A DNA stretch of 64,000 bases, from the NCBI GenBank assembly GCA_035776635.1, contig DASTWI010000020.1, positions 3,483-67,482 of the forward strand, read 5' to 3'. Source of the stretch: Sphingomonas sp. GTDB taxonomy: Bacteria > Pseudomonadota > Alphaproteobacteria > Sphingomonadales > Sphingomonadaceae. Numbering within the stretch: the stretch's first letter is position 1; each line of letters opens with the position of its first letter. The position numbers and the translations under genes are program-made. The notes under the pieces were generated by a model, which was given only the letters and a program-made list of their open reading frames with translations, did no database searches and had not been told where the DNA came from. Shown here in pieces: positions 60,083 through 64,000 of this stretch.

Positions 60083-60443
60083 ACCGTGCTCCTGCCCCAC
60101 GACCGTGCGCCTGCCCCACCACCGTGCTCCTGCGAAAGCAGGAGCCCAGAGTCGCCAGCGCCGCCGCTCAACTGCGTTGTGCTCCCCAGCCAGCCCGAGC
60201 CCGTCGAATGCGTATTCCGCGAAGCAGCCATGGAACTTCATTCTTAATCCTGCCAGCGCCACCCAATGCCCGTTCGTGTCGAGCGAAGTCGAAGCACCAC
60301 CCTTTCCCAGCCCGCTCCCAGGCCCCCCCTCCGTTCGCCCTGAGCGTGTCGAAGGGCGCTCTCGCGAACCAGCAATGGAAATCCCCCCACAATCCCGCTA
60401 CGCGCCACCCAACACCCGTTCGTGCTGAGCTTGTCGAAGCACC
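60083..60443. repeat. Mixed repeat cluster upstream of purM
   Basis: Three 19-bp-period ACCGTGC(T/G)CCTGC units; an 80-bp degenerate direct repeat (60219-60298 and 60364-60443); head-to-tail family B half-units. Confidence 0.75.
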
Positions 60444-60475
60444 GCTCTTCTCTATCTGCTATGAGCCCCGCGAGC

Positions 60476-61570
60476 ATGACCGAATCCCCCTCCTACACTT
60501 ATGCCGAAGCCGGCGTGTCGATCGCCGCCGGAAATGCGCTGGTCAAAGCCATTGCGCCGCTCGCCAAGGCCACTCGCCGCCCCGGCGCCGCCGCCGATCT
60601 GGGCGGTTTCGGCGGTTTCTTCGACCTCAAGGCCGCCGGCTTCACCGATCCGCTGCTCGTCGCGGCCAACGACGGCGTCGGCACCAAGCTCAAGCTCGCG
60701 ATCGAGAGCGGCCATCACGACGGCGTCGGCATCGACCTCGTCGCGATGTGCGCCAATGACCTTATCGTCCAGGGCGCCGAGCCGCTGTTCTTCCTCGACT
60801 ATTACGCGACCGGAAAGCTCGATCCCGAAGTCGCGGAGCGCGTCGTCGCCTCAATCGCCGAGGGCTGCCGCCAAGCCGGCTGCGCGCTGATCGGCGGCGA
60901 GACCGCCGAGATGCCGGGCATGTACGCCGCCGGCGACTACGACCTCGCCGGCTTCTGCGTCGGCGCGGTCGAGCGCGACCAGGTCCTGACCGGCGAAATG
61001 ATCGAGGCCGGCGACGTCATTCTCGGGCTGGCGTCGTCGGGCGTCCATTCGAACGGATTCTCGCTCGTCCGCCGCCTCGCCGCCGACAAAGGCTGGAAAC
61101 TCGACCGTCCGGCGCTGTTCGATCACGAAATGCGGCTTATCGAATCACTGATGGCCCCGACCCGCATTTACGTGAAGAGCTTGCTCCCGCTGATTCGCGA
61201 GCACAAAATCAAGGGCTTGGCGCACATTACCGGCGGCGGATTGCTCGAAAACATTCCGCGCGTTCTTCCGCACGAAAAGCGAGCCCGAATCGACGCCGAC
61301 AGCTGGACTCAGCCGCGCCTGATGGCTTTTCTCCAGGCGCAGGGCGCGATCGAGCCGCAAGAAATGGCGCGCACCTTCAACTGCGGAATCGGCATGGTTG
61401 TGATTGTAAGCCACGATAAAGTCGCGGAAATTTCCGCGAGCTTGCGCGCCGCCAACGAAACCGTCGAAACCATCGGCACGATCGAGAAGGGCAAGCGCGG
61501 CTGCACCGTCACTGGCTCCGCGGGAACCTGGAGCGCACGTGAAGACTGGTCGGCAAGCCACGATGCCTAA
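60476..61570 (+). CDS. purM: Phosphoribosylformylglycinamidine cyclo-ligase
   Basis: [41 protein letters not shown] and TFNCGIGM motifs. Confidence 0.97.
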   Translation: MTESPSYTYAEAGVSIAAGNALVKAIAPLAKATRRPGAAADLGGFGGFFDLKAAGFTDPLLVAANDGVGTKLKLAIESGHHDGVGIDLVAMCANDLIVQGAEPLFFLDYYATGKLDPEVAERVVASIAEGCRQAGCALIGGETAEMPGMYAAGDYDLAGFCVGAVERDQVLTGEMIEAGDVILGLASSGVHSNGFSLVRRLAADKGWKLDRPALFDHEMRLIESLMAPTRIYVKSLLPLIREHKIKGLAHITGGGLLENIPRVLPHEKRARIDADSWTQPRLMAFLQAQGAIEPQEMARTFNCGIGMVVIVSHDKVAEISASLRAANETVETIGTIEKGKRGCTVTGSAGTWSAREDWSASHDA

Positions 61571-62144
61571 AGCAAAAATTGCCATCCTGATTTCGGGCCG
61601 AGGCTCCAACATGATGGCCTTGGTCGAGGCGTCGCGTGCCGAGGATTGCCCCTACGAAATCGCGATTGTCGCCTCCGACAAGCCCGACGCGCCCGGCCTC
61701 GCCTGGGCGCGTCAGCAAAATATCGTGACTTTTGCGCTACCTACGAAGGGAATCGCAAAGCCCGTCTATGAAGCGGCGATCGACGCCGCGCTGCGCGAGG
61801 CCGGCGCCGAGCTGATCGCCCTGGCCGGCTATATGCGCTTGCTTTCGAACGATTTCCTCTCAGGTTGGCATGGCCGGATCGTCAACATCCATCCGTCGCT
61901 GCTCCCCAAATACAAGGGCCTCGACACCCACCAGCGCGCGCTCGACGCGGGCGATCCGGTGGCCGGATGTTCGGTTCATATCGTCACCGAGGAGCTCGAC
62001 GCAGGCGAAGTTCTCGGCCAAATTCAAGTACCTGTCGAACCGGGCGACGACGCCGAAACGCTCGCGGCGCGCGTCCTCGACGCGGAACATCGCCTTTACC
62101 CGCGGGTTCTGGCAGAATTCGCACGATCATGGACAACCTCCTGA
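61563..62144 (+). CDS. purN: Phosphoribosylglycinamide formyltransferase
   Basis: [29 protein letters not shown] and [14 protein letters not shown] motifs. Confidence 0.97.
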   Translation: MPKAKIAILISGRGSNMMALVEASRAEDCPYEIAIVASDKPDAPGLAWARQQNIVTFALPTKGIAKPVYEAAIDAALREAGAELIALAGYMRLLSNDFLSGWHGRIVNIHPSLLPKYKGLDTHQRALDAGDPVAGCSVHIVTEELDAGEVLGQIQVPVEPGDDAETLAARVLDAEHRLYPRVLAEFARSWTTS

Positions 62145-62491
62145 CCCGCCTCCGCTCGACCTGCCTGTCGCTCCCCGAAACGAGCGAACGGAATTCGCAC
62201 GGACAGCCGACCTTTTTCGTTGCAAACAAGCAGTTTGCGCAATTTCGTGACAATCATCACGGCGACGGCCGAACCGTCGTCTGCGTCCGCACGAGCGGCG
62301 TCGACGAACAGGAAATGCTGATCGAGGCCGACCCCGGCGCCTACAGCCGCCCCGCCTATCTCGGCCCGTCGGGCTGGGTCTCGCTCAACCTCGCGCGGCC
62401 CGACCTGGATTGGACGCAGGTTGAAGAACGCATCGCAACCAGCTGGGAACTGGCCGCTCCCGCGCGCTTGCTCGAGGCGGGAGGACGATGA
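62129..62491 (+). CDS. MmcQ/YjbR family DNA-binding protein
   Basis: HGQPTFFV..KQFA and PAYLGPSGWV motifs. Confidence 0.88.
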   Translation: MDNLLTRLRSTCLSLPETSERNSHGQPTFFVANKQFAQFRDNHHGDGRTVVCVRTSGVDEQEMLIEADPGAYSRPAYLGPSGWVSLNLARPDLDWTQVEERIATSWELAAPARLLEAGGR

Positions 62492-63126
62492 GCAGCTATC
62501 AGGAAGACCCGACCACGCCCGAAGCCAAGGCCGAGGCGGCCGCGACCCGCCGCCGCTGGCTGACGCTCGCCGAGATCGTGGCCATTGCCGGCGTTGTCAT
62601 TGCCGGTCTAACCCTTTGGAATAACTGGCAAGGCCGCGAGGCCGAGCAGGCGCAACGGATCGCCGAACGCGCCAATGCCGCGAGCGCGGCGCGGGCGAGC
62701 ACGATCGTCACCTTCGCCGGAATCCCTAGGGACGACGGCGCCCGCCTGGCGCTCAAGGATCCGGCGCACGATGTGCAGAGCATCGAAATCCGCTTCCCGA
62801 GCGCACTCGGCGTCGCGCCGCAATCGAGCACGCTCGACCTCGCGATCGACTCCGACTGGTTTCAGGACGCGCTGACGAAAGCGCTCGGCGACGGCCCCGC
62901 CGACCAGCAGGGCCGCCTGCCCGTCCTGATCACCGCCGATTATTGGGACGGCGAGCAGCACATGACCGACACCGCGATCTACGACATCATCTGGCAGACC
63001 CACGGCCGTTTCCTGCGCGGCCGCGCGCTGACGCTGAAGGGCATCGTCCTCGAACGCCGCCGCGGCGCCGCCCAGGCCGCGGTGGATAGCTTATGGGCGA
63101 AACAGCACCCGAAAACAAAGAAATAG
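62488..63126 (+). CDS. Hypothetical single-pass membrane protein
   Basis: RRRWLTLAEIVAIAGVVIAGLTLW TM segment; ATGA coupling; typical codon usage. Confidence 0.78.
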   Translation: MSSYQEDPTTPEAKAEAAATRRRWLTLAEIVAIAGVVIAGLTLWNNWQGREAEQAQRIAERANAASAARASTIVTFAGIPRDDGARLALKDPAHDVQSIEIRFPSALGVAPQSSTLDLAIDSDWFQDALTKALGDGPADQQGRLPVLITADYWDGEQHMTDTAIYDIIWQTHGRFLRGRALTLKGIVLERRRGAAQAAVDSLWAKQHPKTKK

Positions 63127-63131
63127 CTGCG

Positions 63132-63651
63132 TCAGATCGCCCGGGCGTAGATCGCGTCGTCGTGCAGGGTCTCGCCAACCAGGAACTGCCGCGCACCGGT
63201 GACCACAAAACCCTGCCGCTCATAGAACGCCCGCGCCCGCGCATTGCCGCCATAGACGCCGAGCAACACGCGGGTCTTGCCCATCGCGCGGGCGTCGGCG
63301 AGCGCGCGTTCCATCAGCTCGGCGCCCAGCCCCGAACCGTGCAGCCGCGACAGCATGTAGATGCGCCTCAGCTCGATATCGTCCGCGTCGGTTTCGACCG
63401 GCAGGTCGGGCGTGGTCAGCACGGAATAGCCGAGCGGCGCCCCGCCGTTCGCCGCTTCGGCGACCGTAACGACGCTGGCGGGATCGCCGATCAAGGCGGC
63501 GAATTTCGCGGGCGTATTGTGCCGCGCGCAATGCGCGACGAGATCGGCGCCGCTGAGGATGCCGGCGAACGCATCGAGCAGGGTCGCGCCGGCGACCAGC
63601 GACAGCGCGGCGGCGTCCTCCGCCACCGCACGGCGCACGACCGGCTTGAAA

Positions 63652-63662
<11 letters not shown>
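63132..63662 (-). CDS. GNAT family N-acetyltransferase
   Basis: ELRRIY...[23 protein letters not shown]. Start uncertain (TTG at 63662, or ATG at 63710 inside ndk). Confidence 0.88.

Positions 63663-64000
<338 letters not shown>

Noticed and set aside
60083-60443. Possible CRISPR array
   Set aside because: The units are degenerate, irregularly spaced, match dispersed REP families, have partly repeated spacers, and no cas genes are nearby.

Overview
High-GC alphaproteobacterial chromosome segment, most likely Sphingomonas or another Sphingomonadaceae (tandem double-Sm Hfq; bamA-skp-fabZ with no lpxD/lpxA/lpxB). It is mostly core genome: cckA; icd; psd-pssA; rpsB-tsf-pyrH-frr-uppS-cdsA-dxr-rseP-bamA-skp-fabZ; rpmE; tRNA-Ser(TGA); mltB-rlpA-like-dacA-tmk-holB-metG-tatD; mazG; dusB-ntrBC-ntrYX-hfq-hflX; ispDF-cinA; lipA; aspS-rnd; hdaA-ppk-ppx; purMN; ndk. 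A 28-bp dif site at 35449-35476 and a switch in KOPS orientation around it indicate that the replication terminus lies in this window. Main unusual observations: (i) a phased array of alphaproteobacterial LexA boxes over a TTGACA promoter in front of a 71-aa membrane-protein ORF, a candidate SOS-induced (SidA-like) effector; (ii) three different families of intergenic palindromic repeats found in frame inside genes (holB, ppx, an I78 lipoprotein); (iii) an EF-hand motif in Skp; (iv) an apparently inactive RlpA; (v) a low-GC ORFan and a low-GC mosaic tract in purM-purN; (vi) single-base deficits breaking two accessory genes, which are either real lesions or assembly errors. No CRISPR array, prophage, transposase or rRNA was seen. 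All calls come from reading the sequence and recognising motifs; no database search was run.
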